A DNA stretch of 64,000 bases from Ruminococcaceae bacterium OttesenSCG-928-L11 (GTDB taxonomy: Bacteria > Bacillota > Clostridia > Oscillospirales > Ruminococcaceae), in NCBI GenBank assembly GCA_030265885.1, contig JAJDGX010000001.1, positions 25,080 to 89,079 of the forward strand, given 5' to 3'. Each line of letters starts with the position of its first letter. Within the stretch, counting starts at the first letter, position 1. The position numbers and the translations under genes were made by a program. Positions 1 through 8,939 of the stretch are shown here, one piece after another. The notes beneath the pieces were generated by a model, which did not search any database, had not been told where the DNA came from, and saw only the letters and a program-made list of their open reading frames with translations.

Positions 1-468
1 GGCGTGTCGAACATCTTCCCCAATCTGCTGCCGCAGGTTTACACAAAGATATATCTCGCGCAGGCCAACACCGCCTTGGGTAAAGATGAGGAAGGCATCT
101 CCCTTTTGACGCAGGCACTGGAGACTGCCTTGCCCGACAAGATATATATGCCTTTTGCGGAAAACGGCGAAGGCTTGCGGGCGCTTCTGCCTAAAGCGGC
201 GGAGCGAATTGCGGATAAGGATGGTCTTGCTTGCATTGACAGACTTGCGCTGATGTTCAGCAAATCAATACGCAAAGTCAATGCCGAAAAGCCTGCCCTA
301 ACCCAAAGAGAGCGCGAGGTTTATGCGCTTGTTGCCGAGGGGCTGACCAATAAACAGATTGCGGAACAGCTTTTTATTTCCGTTTCGACAGTAAAAGCCA
401 ATGTCAGCCGCCTGCTTGACAAAATGGGCGCGTCGTCCAGAATACAGCTTGTGGGCAAAAAAGTCTAA
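1..468 (+). CDS. MalT/LuxR-family transcriptional regulator, C-terminal part (5' end outside window)
   Basis: LuxR HTH (LTQREREVYALVAEGLTNKQIAEQLFISVSTVKANVSRLLDKMG) preceded by a helical MalT-like segment. Confidence 0.85.
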   Translation, partial: GVSNIFPNLLPQVYTKIYLAQANTALGKDEEGISLLTQALETALPDKIYMPFAENGEGLRALLPKAAERIADKDGLACIDRLALMFSKSIRKVNAEKPALTQREREVYALVAEGLTNKQIAEQLFISVSTVKANVSRLLDKMGASSRIQLVGKKV

Positions 469-502
469 AATGTTTTTCGAAAAAGAAGCCTTTTGCGAAA
501 AA

Positions 503-546
503 TGGCCACATGGCCAATATGAATTTTTACTAATCCGTTCTACAAT
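503..546 (+). promoter_or_regulatory. Putative activator site (TGGCCA-CA-TGGCCA palindrome) with downstream -10 (TACAAT)
   Basis: 14-bp palindrome at 503-516 abuts the expected -35 position of TACAAT at 541-546, directly downstream of the LuxR gene. Confidence 0.4.
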
Positions 547-614
547 AAAGTAGAGCGGATTTTTTATGTAAAATATATTCACTAAGACCAACAATTCATG
601 CGGGGTGTGGGAAT

Positions 615-845
615 ATGTCTTATTTCAAGGCGGTAACGCCTATGGACGATTACTGGCTGCAAATTGAAATGTCCACCGGCAACATCGTCCAGCTTGACCT
701 GTCACCAAAGCTGAAAACCACTCGTTTCTGTCCGCTGAAAGACAATGCCCTGTTTCGGAGCGTGACGATAGATGGTGATTTTCTTGTCTTTGGCAATAAG
801 GTGAAGCTTGGCGCTACGGAAATAATGAACATGGTGATGCTGTAA
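615..845 (+). CDS. DUF2442-like small protein
   Basis: AVTPMDDYWLQIEM...F.PL.D..LF.SV.IDG pattern resembles DUF2442. Confidence 0.65.
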   Translation: MSYFKAVTPMDDYWLQIEMSTGNIVQLDLSPKLKTTRFCPLKDNALFRSVTIDGDFLVFGNKVKLGATEIMNMVML

Positions 846-964
846 GAGGGGCGCGCTAACCCTCTCGACGCACATTAGCGTATCGAGGAGGTCTTTGGCG
901 TAGCTTGTGTCAAGTAGCGGAATGCGTTAAAACTAATCAATATAAATTTGAGAGGATGATAGAC

Positions 965-1351
965 ATGGCAAAAACAGCGATGTTATTTCTGCAAAACTTC
1001 AAGAAGAACGATTATATGTGCTGGCATGTGTGTTCGCAATGCTATAATTTGGGTTCGGTCGTGTTTCGTGATGATAATACTACATATTTCAAAGCGGAGA
1101 AGAAATCTCATAGCACTGATGTCCAGCACCTTGCCCAAGGCTCCGCCTATTACACAGGCGGTACAAATCTCCGACTTGAAATCTCCATAGAAACATCAAG
1201 CAATTTACAGACCTCAAATGCCAGTGATGCTATTTTGGACAGCAAGAGTCGTAATGTGGGATTTGTCTACGATTATTGCATTGAGGATTCCACAGACGAT
1301 GACTTCAATGACATCTATGTAAATGTTGTGGCATGGAAAAATAAAGGATAA
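965..1351 (+). CDS. LecB/PA-IIL-like calcium-dependent lectin
   Basis: C-terminus EDSTDDDFNDIYVNVVAWKNKG parallels LecB EDGTDNDYNDAVVVINWPLG, including the terminal Gly; start moved to ATG 965 after GAGAGG. Confidence 0.6.
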   Translation: MAKTAMLFLQNFKKNDYMCWHVCSQCYNLGSVVFRDDNTTYFKAEKKSHSTDVQHLAQGSAYYTGGTNLRLEISIETSSNLQTSNASDAILDSKSRNVGFVYDYCIEDSTDDDFNDIYVNVVAWKNKG

Positions 1352-1364
1352 GGGGGATGTTACT

Positions 1365-2552
1365 ATGGATATAAATTTTCATTATTACGCGGTGAAAGCA
1401 ATTGCCGTGAGAGCCGGTTTCGATGAGGCTGATGCACAGTATATCGCTTCTTATTCGCAGTTTGTTGATGATTTTGATTCATCGTTTGTTGTAATGCTTA
1501 CTGATGTTCCAGAATATGCGAGATACCTTGCGCTTGGTAGCACATGGGGACTCTATTGGTTCATGCCTGTAACTACTGGCTTTAACAGTTGGTTTGATAT
1601 GGCACAGCTTATTACACATAGCAATCAAAAGTGGATTGTTACTCCATTTCACTTTATTCCAGAACTACCGCTTAATAATCCCGCATTACCCGCAAATTGG
1701 CGGGTTGCCCCAGCAGACATAGATGTGCCGTCACTGATTACTGATATGCTTGTAGAAAGCAGAACTGCATTTCTTACCAGCACACCGGCTACTCGCTCGG
1801 CGAGCTTAATGCGTATCGGTATGTTGCTTCACATTTTTGCAGACACCTATGCTCATCAGAGGTTTTCCGGGTTTCAGGGTTGGGAGAACCATAGCTATCT
1901 GAGAAATGTGACTAATAATATCGGGAACGATGATGTGACCACATTATACGATCCTGATATGTATTACACCCTTCCCTCTGTGGGGCACACAAATGTCAAT
2001 CATGCGCCAGACGATAGTCATGTGCGATTTGAAATGGCACAAAAAGCAAATGCGGGTGATGATGCTTACTCTCTTGTTTATCAGCGAAGTAACACTGAAG
2101 TTTTTTGTGATGCTGCGAAAGAAATCTTGAAATTTCTCTTGAGCTGCAATGGACTTCCTATGATATCCGATGCAGAGTGGGCATTGTTTGTCGATTCATT
2201 TCGGCAAGGTTTGCTCACACCATCTAAAAATGAACAATTTTTGAATCACCATTGGCATGCACAATTCGATACCATTACATTTGCCTACAACAGAGAAAAT
2301 ATGATGAACAGTATGCTTTCGACGACAGGCGAAGTGCTTGAAGGCGAAGCCAGAAATTTAGCAGAAGTACATGGTATTGATCCGCTTGTGTTCGCTGTAA
2401 AAAGTGATGCATATTATCGCTACAACGTAACTGCTGATGAAATTCGCCGAAGAGTAACGGGCGAGCCCTACCACGCTGATGCGCGTTTTGATGCGCTAAA
2501 AGCAGATATGGAAGCGCAAACCAAAATAAACGATGAATCACTGGGTGAATGA
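1365..2552 (+). CDS. DUF6765-like putative metal-dependent hydrolase (Zn phospholipase C/P1 nuclease-like motifs)
   Basis: MDINFHYY...AGF...SQFVDD, FHF, LHIFADTYAH and GH...PD motifs; RBS AGGGGG before ATG 1365. Confidence 0.6.
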   Translation: MDINFHYYAVKAIAVRAGFDEADAQYIASYSQFVDDFDSSFVVMLTDVPEYARYLALGSTWGLYWFMPVTTGFNSWFDMAQLITHSNQKWIVTPFHFIPELPLNNPALPANWRVAPADIDVPSLITDMLVESRTAFLTSTPATRSASLMRIGMLLHIFADTYAHQRFSGFQGWENHSYLRNVTNNIGNDDVTTLYDPDMYYTLPSVGHTNVNHAPDDSHVRFEMAQKANAGDDAYSLVYQRSNTEVFCDAAKEILKFLLSCNGLPMISDAEWALFVDSFRQGLLTPSKNEQFLNHHWHAQFDTITFAYNRENMMNSMLSTTGEVLEGEARNLAEVHGIDPLVFAVKSDAYYRYNVTADEIRRRVTGEPYHADARFDALKADMEAQTKINDESLGE

Positions 2553-2572
2553 TATTGGGGAGGAATAATCAC

Positions 2573-5500
2573 ATGGCAAACCAAAAAAGCAAAATCCTAT
2601 CTATGCTGATTGCGATGGCAATGGTTTTCACTACACTGCCCATGACAGCATTTGCGGAGGTCGGTATCCCGCTGGGTGATTCGGGCATTCCCGACAATCC
2701 CGCCACGCCCACGGATGTAGTCCTTGTGGCGCTGGACGAGCTGGCGGAGGACATCCTCTGGCAGGGCTACGACTACAACACCGTAACCGAGAACGAGCTT
2801 GTCCTGCCGGACACCCTCACCGGCACGGATGAAGACGGCAACCCGTTCTCCGTTGAGGGCGTAACCTGGGAATGTACATCGGCCAGCACCATGCTGGGCG
2901 ATGTCCTCGCTACGGTATTTGACCCGGAAACCTTGGCCATGTACGAGTTTTCGCCTGTGCTGCCGGAAGGCTGCATATTGGCGGAGGGCGTGACCGCCCC
3001 GGTGATTTCGGTGTTCATCCGGCCGGAGGGCGGGGTGAAGATACAGCCGATGTCTTCTGGCAGTGTTATCATCAACAATCAAACCGAATGGGAAACCTTT
3101 ATAAATGCCACCATCAATAGCTGGAACGGCGACAATAACACCATCACGCTGAACTCCGATGTAAGCGGCAACCTTGTGATACCCGCTGCGGTTACCGGGT
3201 TGACTATTATCGGCAATGGCAAAACAACCGCAGGAAGTATTGAATACCACGCAATTGGCAACAGCACAAATTCTGATTTGACCATTAAGAACCTGAATAT
3301 TGTCGGTGGTATTGGCATTGCCTATTATGCAACTGGCGCACACAAACTAACCATAGAAGGTACTTGCAAGATAACAGGAACAGCTACAAGCGGCGGAAAT
3401 GCAATTGGACATAATGGTTCGTTAACTGTTGATGTAACCGCAGGGGCCAGCCTTGTCGCTACATCAAATAATGACAGTGTAATTTACTCAACCACCGACT
3501 CACTCACTGTTAATATTGCCAGCGGTAGCTCGATGGAGGTATATAGCAACAGTAGCGGAAAAGAGGCCATTTATGTTGGCGGTAATAATAACATAACCAT
3601 CACCTGTAATGGCGGCTTAGCGGCTGTAGGCGGCAACTCTACTTCAGGCGGTGGCTATGGTATTAGCACCAGTAACACTTTCACTCTTTCCGGAACGCCC
3701 GAAGCCCTCTATATTATCGGCGGCATGGGAAATTCAGTGCGTGCAAAAGCCATTAACGCTGGAACCTTCACCAATAATACCAACATAACAATCAATGGTA
3801 CAACCGACACCGAAATAATATACCCAGCTGTCAGCAACACCATTACTGCGGCAGCTGTTAACATCACCGCACCCATAACCGGCCAAAACAGCGCTGTGGC
3901 AACCGCCAACAACATTGGCTACACAGTAACCTCCACCGCATGGAAAGTTACTGCCGGAGCGGACTTGACAACCGGCAACCCCTTTGCGGCAAGTACAGCC
4001 TATACGGCAACGGTTGTTTTAACCGCAAAGACCGGCTATAAATTCGACACAGTTCTACCGGGGAATGTGACAGGCACAAACGGCACTGTAATTAGTGCCA
4101 CAACAAGCGGCATAGGCAACAACACACTCACCGTGGTGGTGAATTATACGGCGACAACTGCAACACCCACCCACAGCATATCGCTGAGCGAAATTGGCAC
4201 ATACACCTTCCCCGCCGCCAATGTCGGCTACGGGGAGCTGGCTCCAAGGACAATAACCATCACCAATACAGGCAACCAAGCTACTGGCAATCTGACTCCT
4301 ACGCTTTCCGGGGCAAACGCAGCCAGCTTCGAGTTATCCCAAACCATGGTGAATAGTATTGCTGTCGGCGGCACAGACACCTTCACATTTAGACCCAAAA
4401 CCGGTCTTTCGGTGGGAACATACTCCGCAACGGTGACAGTAAGCGGCGGCAACGGCATTTCCGCAAGCTTCAATGTGAACTTTACGGTTAATTCTATCCC
4501 CACTTATGCAGTCACTGTCAGTGGCGGCACGGGTAGCGGCAATTATGCGCAGGGAGCAACAGTAAGCATTGCAGCTAATGGTGCTCCCAGCGGTCAGCAA
4601 TTCAAAGAGTGGACAGTCGACAGCGGCGGTGTGACATTGGCAAACGCAAACAGCGCCAACACCACCTTCATCATGCCCGCAAACGCGGTTACTGTAACGG
4701 CAACCTATGAAAACCTGCCGCCAAACACCTATTCCATCACAGTGCAAAATGACGGCAACGGCACGGCCAACGCCAATGTCAATTCGGCTACAGCAGGCAC
4801 AACAATCAACTTGACAGTTTCGGCAAGCACTGGATACCAGTTCAAATCGTGGCAGGTTATCAGCGGCGGCGTGACGATTGCGAATAACAGCTTCACCATG
4901 CCTGCGGCGAATGTCGTTGTCAATGCGATATTTGAGCCGATACCTGCGGCAACCTACACAATTACTTTCAATCCGAATGGCGGCTCGGCGAGCGAAACAA
5001 CGCGCATAATCACGCAAGGTTCGGCTATCGGCACACTTCCCAATCCGACCCGTAGTGGCAGTTATAGCTTTAACGGCTGGTATACGATGGCAAGCGGCGG
5101 CACGAAAATAAGCGCAGCAACCATCCCCACCGGCAATGCCACCTATTATGCTCATTGGACGGATACCAGCGGCAACAATAGTGGTGATGATAGCAGTAGC
5201 GGTTCCGGTTCTTCCAGTGGCGGCGGTGGTTCTTCTTCCACCGGCACCGTTACTGTCAAGAGCGATACCGATTCGCCTGTAACCGCGGTTGTCACCACCA
5301 CCGGCACAGTGGATAAAAACGGCAATCTCTCAGCCACCGTCACCGATGCGATGATCCAGAACGCAATCGCAAGGGCGCAGGCTGAGGCCACAAGACTCGG
5401 CAAAACCGGTGATGGTATTATCATTGAAATCAAAATCACTGCAACAGGTGCCAAGAGCCTATCGGTGAAAATGGACGCCGCTGCTCTCAGCGGGCTGAAT

Positions 5501-6712
5501 ACAGCAAGGGCTGGCTTCTCAGTCACTTCTGAAATCTTTAAGTTTACGCTGGATGACAAGGCGGTGAAACAGGTCAACACCCAATCCAACGGCAGCGTGA
5601 GCTTCACCACGATACCAACCGATAAGCTCTCCAGCACAGCACAGGCTGCTATCGGCAACCGCCCAGTGTACGACTTCAACCTGATCGACAGCACTGGCAA
5701 AGGAATCACAAGCTATGGCAACGGTACAATCACCCGCAGTATTAACTATACTGCTACCAGCGGAGAGCGCACCGGCAACCTCTTTGCAGTTAAGGTTTTG
5801 GATAACGGCAATGTGCAGTGGATTACCGAATCCAGCTATGTCAGCGGCTGGCTCATCTGGACTGGCAGCAGTAACTCGGTTTATGGTGTGGGCTACAAAG
5901 CATCTGCCCCAGCCTTTACTGACACAACAGGCCATTGGGCAAATGACAACATTGACTTTGTGGCTTCGCGCGGCCTGTTCAGCGGTACAACAGCAACTAC
6001 TTTCTCGCCCAATACATCTATCACTCGTGGAATGTTCGTGACAGCTCTTGGCAGACTGAGCGGCCAAGATGTAAGCGGCTACACATCAAGCAGCTTCACC
6101 GATGTTAAAGACGGTAGCTACTACCTCGCCTACATTGAATGGGCTGTAGCGAATAAAATCGTCAACGGCGTGGAAAACAATCAGTTTGCTCCCGACAGGA
6201 GCATAACCCGCGAGGAAATGGCGGTTATGATCTATAATTACGCCAAGGCTACCAATTACACGCTCCCTGATTCCCGCACAGCGGTGAAATTCACCGATGA
6301 TGCCAGTATCAGCTCATGGGCCAAGGATGCCGTGAAAGCCTTGCAGCAGGCGGGCGTTGTAGCCGGTGTTGGCGCGGGCAATTTCAACCCCAAGGGTACG
6401 GCCACCAGAGCCGAGGCCGCAACTATCCTGCGCAATTTCGTGGAAGGTATCATAGACGAAACCACAGCAAGGGGCTGGGCCAAGAATGAGGCCGGACAGT
6501 GGATGTACTGGACATGGGACGGTAAGCTTCACACTGGCTGGGTTACCACAACAGGGAATAAATACTACATGGATGCGAACGGCATCATGGTAACCGGCAA
6601 ATGGTTGCAAATCGGCAATAAGTGGTACTATTTCAATGTAAATGGGACACTGGCAACCAATACAACCATAGACGGATATGAAGTGGGCGCAGACGGAGCG
6701 AGAAAGGAATAG
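2573..6712 (+). CDS. Large surface protein: signal peptide, Ig-like/InlB B-type repeats, three SLH domains, C-terminal cell-wall-binding repeats
   Basis: Signal peptide ending TAFA; FTDTTGHWA, ITRGMF, ITREEMA and ATRAEAA SLH motifs; GKWLQIGNKWYYF-type repeats; Ser/Gly linker. Confidence 0.9.
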   Translation: MANQKSKILSMLIAMAMVFTTLPMTAFAEVGIPLGDSGIPDNPATPTDVVLVALDELAEDILWQGYDYNTVTENELVLPDTLTGTDEDGNPFSVEGVTWECTSASTMLGDVLATVFDPETLAMYEFSPVLPEGCILAEGVTAPVISVFIRPEGGVKIQPMSSGSVIINNQTEWETFINATINSWNGDNNTITLNSDVSGNLVIPAAVTGLTIIGNGKTTAGSIEYHAIGNSTNSDLTIKNLNIVGGIGIAYYATGAHKLTIEGTCKITGTATSGGNAIGHNGSLTVDVTAGASLVATSNNDSVIYSTTDSLTVNIASGSSMEVYSNSSGKEAIYVGGNNNITITCNGGLAAVGGNSTSGGGYGISTSNTFTLSGTPEALYIIGGMGNSVRAKAINAGTFTNNTNITINGTTDTEIIYPAVSNTITAAAVNITAPITGQNSAVATANNIGYTVTSTAWKVTAGADLTTGNPFAASTAYTATVVLTAKTGYKFDTVLPGNVTGTNGTVISATTSGIGNNTLTVVVNYTATTATPTHSISLSEIGTYTFPAANVGYGELAPRTITITNTGNQATGNLTPTLSGANAASFELSQTMVNSIAVGGTDTFTFRPKTGLSVGTYSATVTVSGGNGISASFNVNFTVNSIPTYAVTVSGGTGSGNYAQGATVSIAANGAPSGQQFKEWTVDSGGVTLANANSANTTFIMPANAVTVTATYENLPPNTYSITVQNDGNGTANANVNSATAGTTINLTVSASTGYQFKSWQVISGGVTIANNSFTMPAANVVVNAIFEPIPAATYTITFNPNGGSASETTRIITQGSAIGTLPNPTRSGSYSFNGWYTMASGGTKISAATIPTGNATYYAHWTDTSGNNSGDDSSSGSGSSSGGGGSSSTGTVTVKSDTDSPVTAVVTTTGTVDKNGNLSATVTDAMIQNAIARAQAEATRLGKTGDGIIIEIKITATGAKSLSVKMDAAALSGLNTARAGFSVTSEIFKFTLDDKAVKQVNTQSNGSVSFTTIPTDKLSSTAQAAIGNRPVYDFNLIDSTGKGITSYGNGTITRSINYTATSGERTGNLFAVKVLDNGNVQWITESSYVSGWLIWTGSSNSVYGVGYKASAPAFTDTTGHWANDNIDFVASRGLFSGTTATTFSPNTSITRGMFVTALGRLSGQDVSGYTSSSFTDVKDGSYYLAYIEWAVANKIVNGVENNQFAPDRSITREEMAVMIYNYAKATNYTLPDSRTAVKFTDDASISSWAKDAVKALQQAGVVAGVGAGNFNPKGTATRAEAATILRNFVEGIIDETTARGWAKNEAGQWMYWTWDGKLHTGWVTTTGNKYYMDANGIMVTGKWLQIGNKWYYFNVNGTLATNTTIDGYEVGADGARKE

Positions 6713-6743
6713 CCCCACAATAGCAATAAGAAATCAACACACG

Positions 6744-6786
6744 AACCGCCTACGGAATCATAATTCCGTAGGCGGTTTTTTGTTTT
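6744..6786 (+). terminator. Rho-independent terminator
   Basis: Perfect 15-bp stem AACCGCCTACGGAAT-cata-ATTCCGTAGGCGGTT followed by a T run. Confidence 0.85.
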
Positions 6787-6810
6787 CACCCCTTGACAAC
6801 ATTCCTGTGA
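6786..6810 (+). other. Putative attR arm of the left-hand element (GA core at 6809-6810)
   Basis: CACCCCTTGACAACATTCCTGT-GA has the same TTGACAA-N9-GA geometry as the attR at 35159-35176. Confidence 0.65.
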
Positions 6811-7039
6811 GTGGGGCACGATGGGAACCAATTACCTCAAAAGCCTGTTTGCGGTGGGATTCCAGGGCTTTCTGATTCTGGTCTGCGTGGCGATCTACAG
6901 TGTCTTGCTGCAGAGCGCAACCACCTCCGGCGATCCCATCTCGGCGGTGTGGCAGGTAATGGGCTTCACGGTTCTGCTGTGCTTTGCCTTGTTCAAAACC
7001 GGCAGCCTGAGTAAAAGCATCTTTGGAGCGCACGGTTAA
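6809..7039 (+). pseudogene. 3' fragment of a VirB6/TrbL-like (CD1112-family) conjugation membrane protein, split by insertion
   Basis: EWGTMGTNYLKSLFAVGFQGFLILVCVAIY...FTVLLCFALFKTGSLSKSIFGAH is the typical C-terminus of this family; no RBS; in-frame similarity starts at the GA core. Confidence 0.8.
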
Positions 7040-7188
7040 TGCCGCGGCGGTACAACACTGCCAGCGATGGAATCCCCCGGCGCACTTGGGGCGGGAAGCT
7101 CCCGGAGCAGTTTTCTCCGCAGGATGTCCGACAGTTCATGGCAGATACAAACAACATAATTGATAGTATACAGGAGGAGCGATCACAC

Positions 7189-7647
7189 ATGGCGAAATCA
7201 ACCGCAAAAACCGCTGACCAAGCGGTTATCACCGCATTAAAGCTGGAAGCGCGGGCATACCCCATCGATGAACCCAAGGGCAGCACCGTTGCCTTTGCCA
7301 GCCTTAACATCAATGATGCCTTTGCCGTACAGGGCCTTAAAGTGGTTAACGGTGACAAGGGGATGTTTGTTTCCATGCCCAGCACCAAGGACAAGAACGG
7401 TGACTACAAGGACATTGCCTTTCCTGTCACGGCGGATGCGCGAAAACAGGTCGGCGCGGCAGTGCTGAGCGCCTATGCCAAGGCGGTGGAGAAATCTCAG
7501 CCGGAGCTTGCCGCCGCCGCGCGCTCGGCAAAGGATGCACTGGAAAAGCCATCCCTGACCGGGCAGCTTAAGGATGCGGCTAAGGAAAGCAAGGCCCAGG
7601 CAGCGCCCGCCAAGGACAAGGCCGCCCCGGCGCATGAGGCTCGCTGA
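7189..7647 (+). CDS. SpoVG-family nucleic-acid-binding protein with KPSL tail
   Basis: AFASLNINDAFAVQGLKVVNGDKGMFVSMPS...YKDIAFPVT is the SpoVG signature; RBS AGGAGG before ATG 7189. Confidence 0.85.
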   Translation: MAKSTAKTADQAVITALKLEARAYPIDEPKGSTVAFASLNINDAFAVQGLKVVNGDKGMFVSMPSTKDKNGDYKDIAFPVTADARKQVGAAVLSAYAKAVEKSQPELAAAARSAKDALEKPSLTGQLKDAAKESKAQAAPAKDKAAPAHEAR

Positions 7648-8891
7648 TGGAGCAGGAAAAGCTGTACAGCCCGGTTAACTTTTTTCTGCGCGATAAGGTG
7701 TCCGCGCTTGAGGGACAATATGACGATGTCCACTATTGGCGGGATGAAATCACGCACGAGGAAGCGTTTGAACACATTGCCGAGATCAGGGCGGCGCTTG
7801 CTGATGATCGTCAGCATTATGATCAGGGGCGCGGCCTTGCTGAGTATCTGGGCAAAGGCCCATTGAATGACAAGGTGCAGTCACTGATTCCGCATGTGGA
7901 GCTACATGACGACCAACTTTGGACAGTGGCGCACCTCCAACTGAATGAGCCGCTGACTTCAAAGGAAATGGCAGATCTGAAATCCTGGTGGGGCGGCCAG
8001 CTCAGTGATGGGTGGGGCGAAGGCTTTGAGCAACGGGAGATCATTGTGGATGAGGGCGCGCTGTATGTGGAGCCATGGACTTCTTCGGGAGGCTTCTTCA
8101 TTGCTACCCAGGCCGAATTCGACCGCCGCAGGGGGATTGAGCAAGCTGCCCCTGGCATGAATGATGCTTCGCTGTGGGAATCCCTCAGCACACGGGATGC
8201 GCTGCTGGAACAGATCGCAAAGGCAGAATGCCGTGTTGTAACGCTGGAATCAAGAAACCGTGACAGTCTTGACTTCTATGACATCTCCGTTCGCAGTCTC
8301 AAAAAGGCTTTGGATGCGGCTTTCGATGCCGGTGTCTCCCATCAGATGGCGAAAGAGACGGCCGTGCAGCTTCCCGAACCCGAGGCCGCGTCTATTGTAG
8401 ATGAACAGAGTCTGCGGGATGCACTGACCATCCGGTTGGAGCAAAACATGGTGGAGCGAATGACATATCTCCAAGCCAAGATTGCAGCTCCGGGTCTGCC
8501 GCAAGAGGATGTGGTGGCGCTGGCGGAGCGGATTTCGGCCACATCTGCAGCCTATGATTACCTCCAGGGGCACAACTTCCTCCCGGTGGAGACCATGCAA
8601 TTTCTGCTGCAATTCGGCAGCCCTCTGGAATTGGTCGCGGAGCACTGGCCGGTGGCGAAGGATGATTTGCTGGATTTCAGTATGGTGCTGGAGGATGTGA
8701 TGGAGAATTCCTATCATCTCGATCCAACAGCGAATGACGAGCCCGCCGCAGACACACCACCAGTGGGACAGCCCACATCCGGTAAACCATCCCTGCTGGC
8801 GGGGCTTCGTGAGGCGCAGGCCCGCGCTGCCAATGAAAACGCCATCCGCGCAAAAGACAAACCGACCAACCATCCTGAGCCGGAGCTGTGA
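7647..8891 (+). CDS. Multidomain ICE hypothetical protein (GQLSDGWGEGFEQ domain plus DUF6900-like segment) with KPSLL tail
   Basis: WWGGQLSDGWGEGFEQREI and LESRNRDSLDFYDISV motifs; translationally coupled to the previous gene (TGATG). Confidence 0.7.
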   Translation: MEQEKLYSPVNFFLRDKVSALEGQYDDVHYWRDEITHEEAFEHIAEIRAALADDRQHYDQGRGLAEYLGKGPLNDKVQSLIPHVELHDDQLWTVAHLQLNEPLTSKEMADLKSWWGGQLSDGWGEGFEQREIIVDEGALYVEPWTSSGGFFIATQAEFDRRRGIEQAAPGMNDASLWESLSTRDALLEQIAKAECRVVTLESRNRDSLDFYDISVRSLKKALDAAFDAGVSHQMAKETAVQLPEPEAASIVDEQSLRDALTIRLEQNMVERMTYLQAKIAAPGLPQEDVVALAERISATSAAYDYLQGHNFLPVETMQFLLQFGSPLELVAEHWPVAKDDLLDFSMVLEDVMENSYHLDPTANDEPAADTPPVGQPTSGKPSLLAGLREAQARAANENAIRAKDKPTNHPEPEL

Positions 8892-8907
8892 CGCTCCGGC
8901 TCTTTTC
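8877..8907 (+). terminator. Putative terminator
   Basis: GAGCCGGAGC-tgtgac-GCTCCGGCTC followed by TTTT. Confidence 0.6.
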
Positions 8908-8939
8908 ATCCCTTGCGGAAAGGAGGCGCACACCCAATT

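Larger units (their letters stand above)
1..6810. mobile_element. Right-hand part of an element integrated into the ICE virB6-like gene (left part outside window)
   Basis: virB6-like coding sequence resumes abruptly at GAG 6809. The preceding bases CACCCCTTGACAA-N9-GA mirror the right att arm of the virB4-inserted element (CACCTTGACAA-N9-GA, ending at 35176). Confidence 0.7.
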
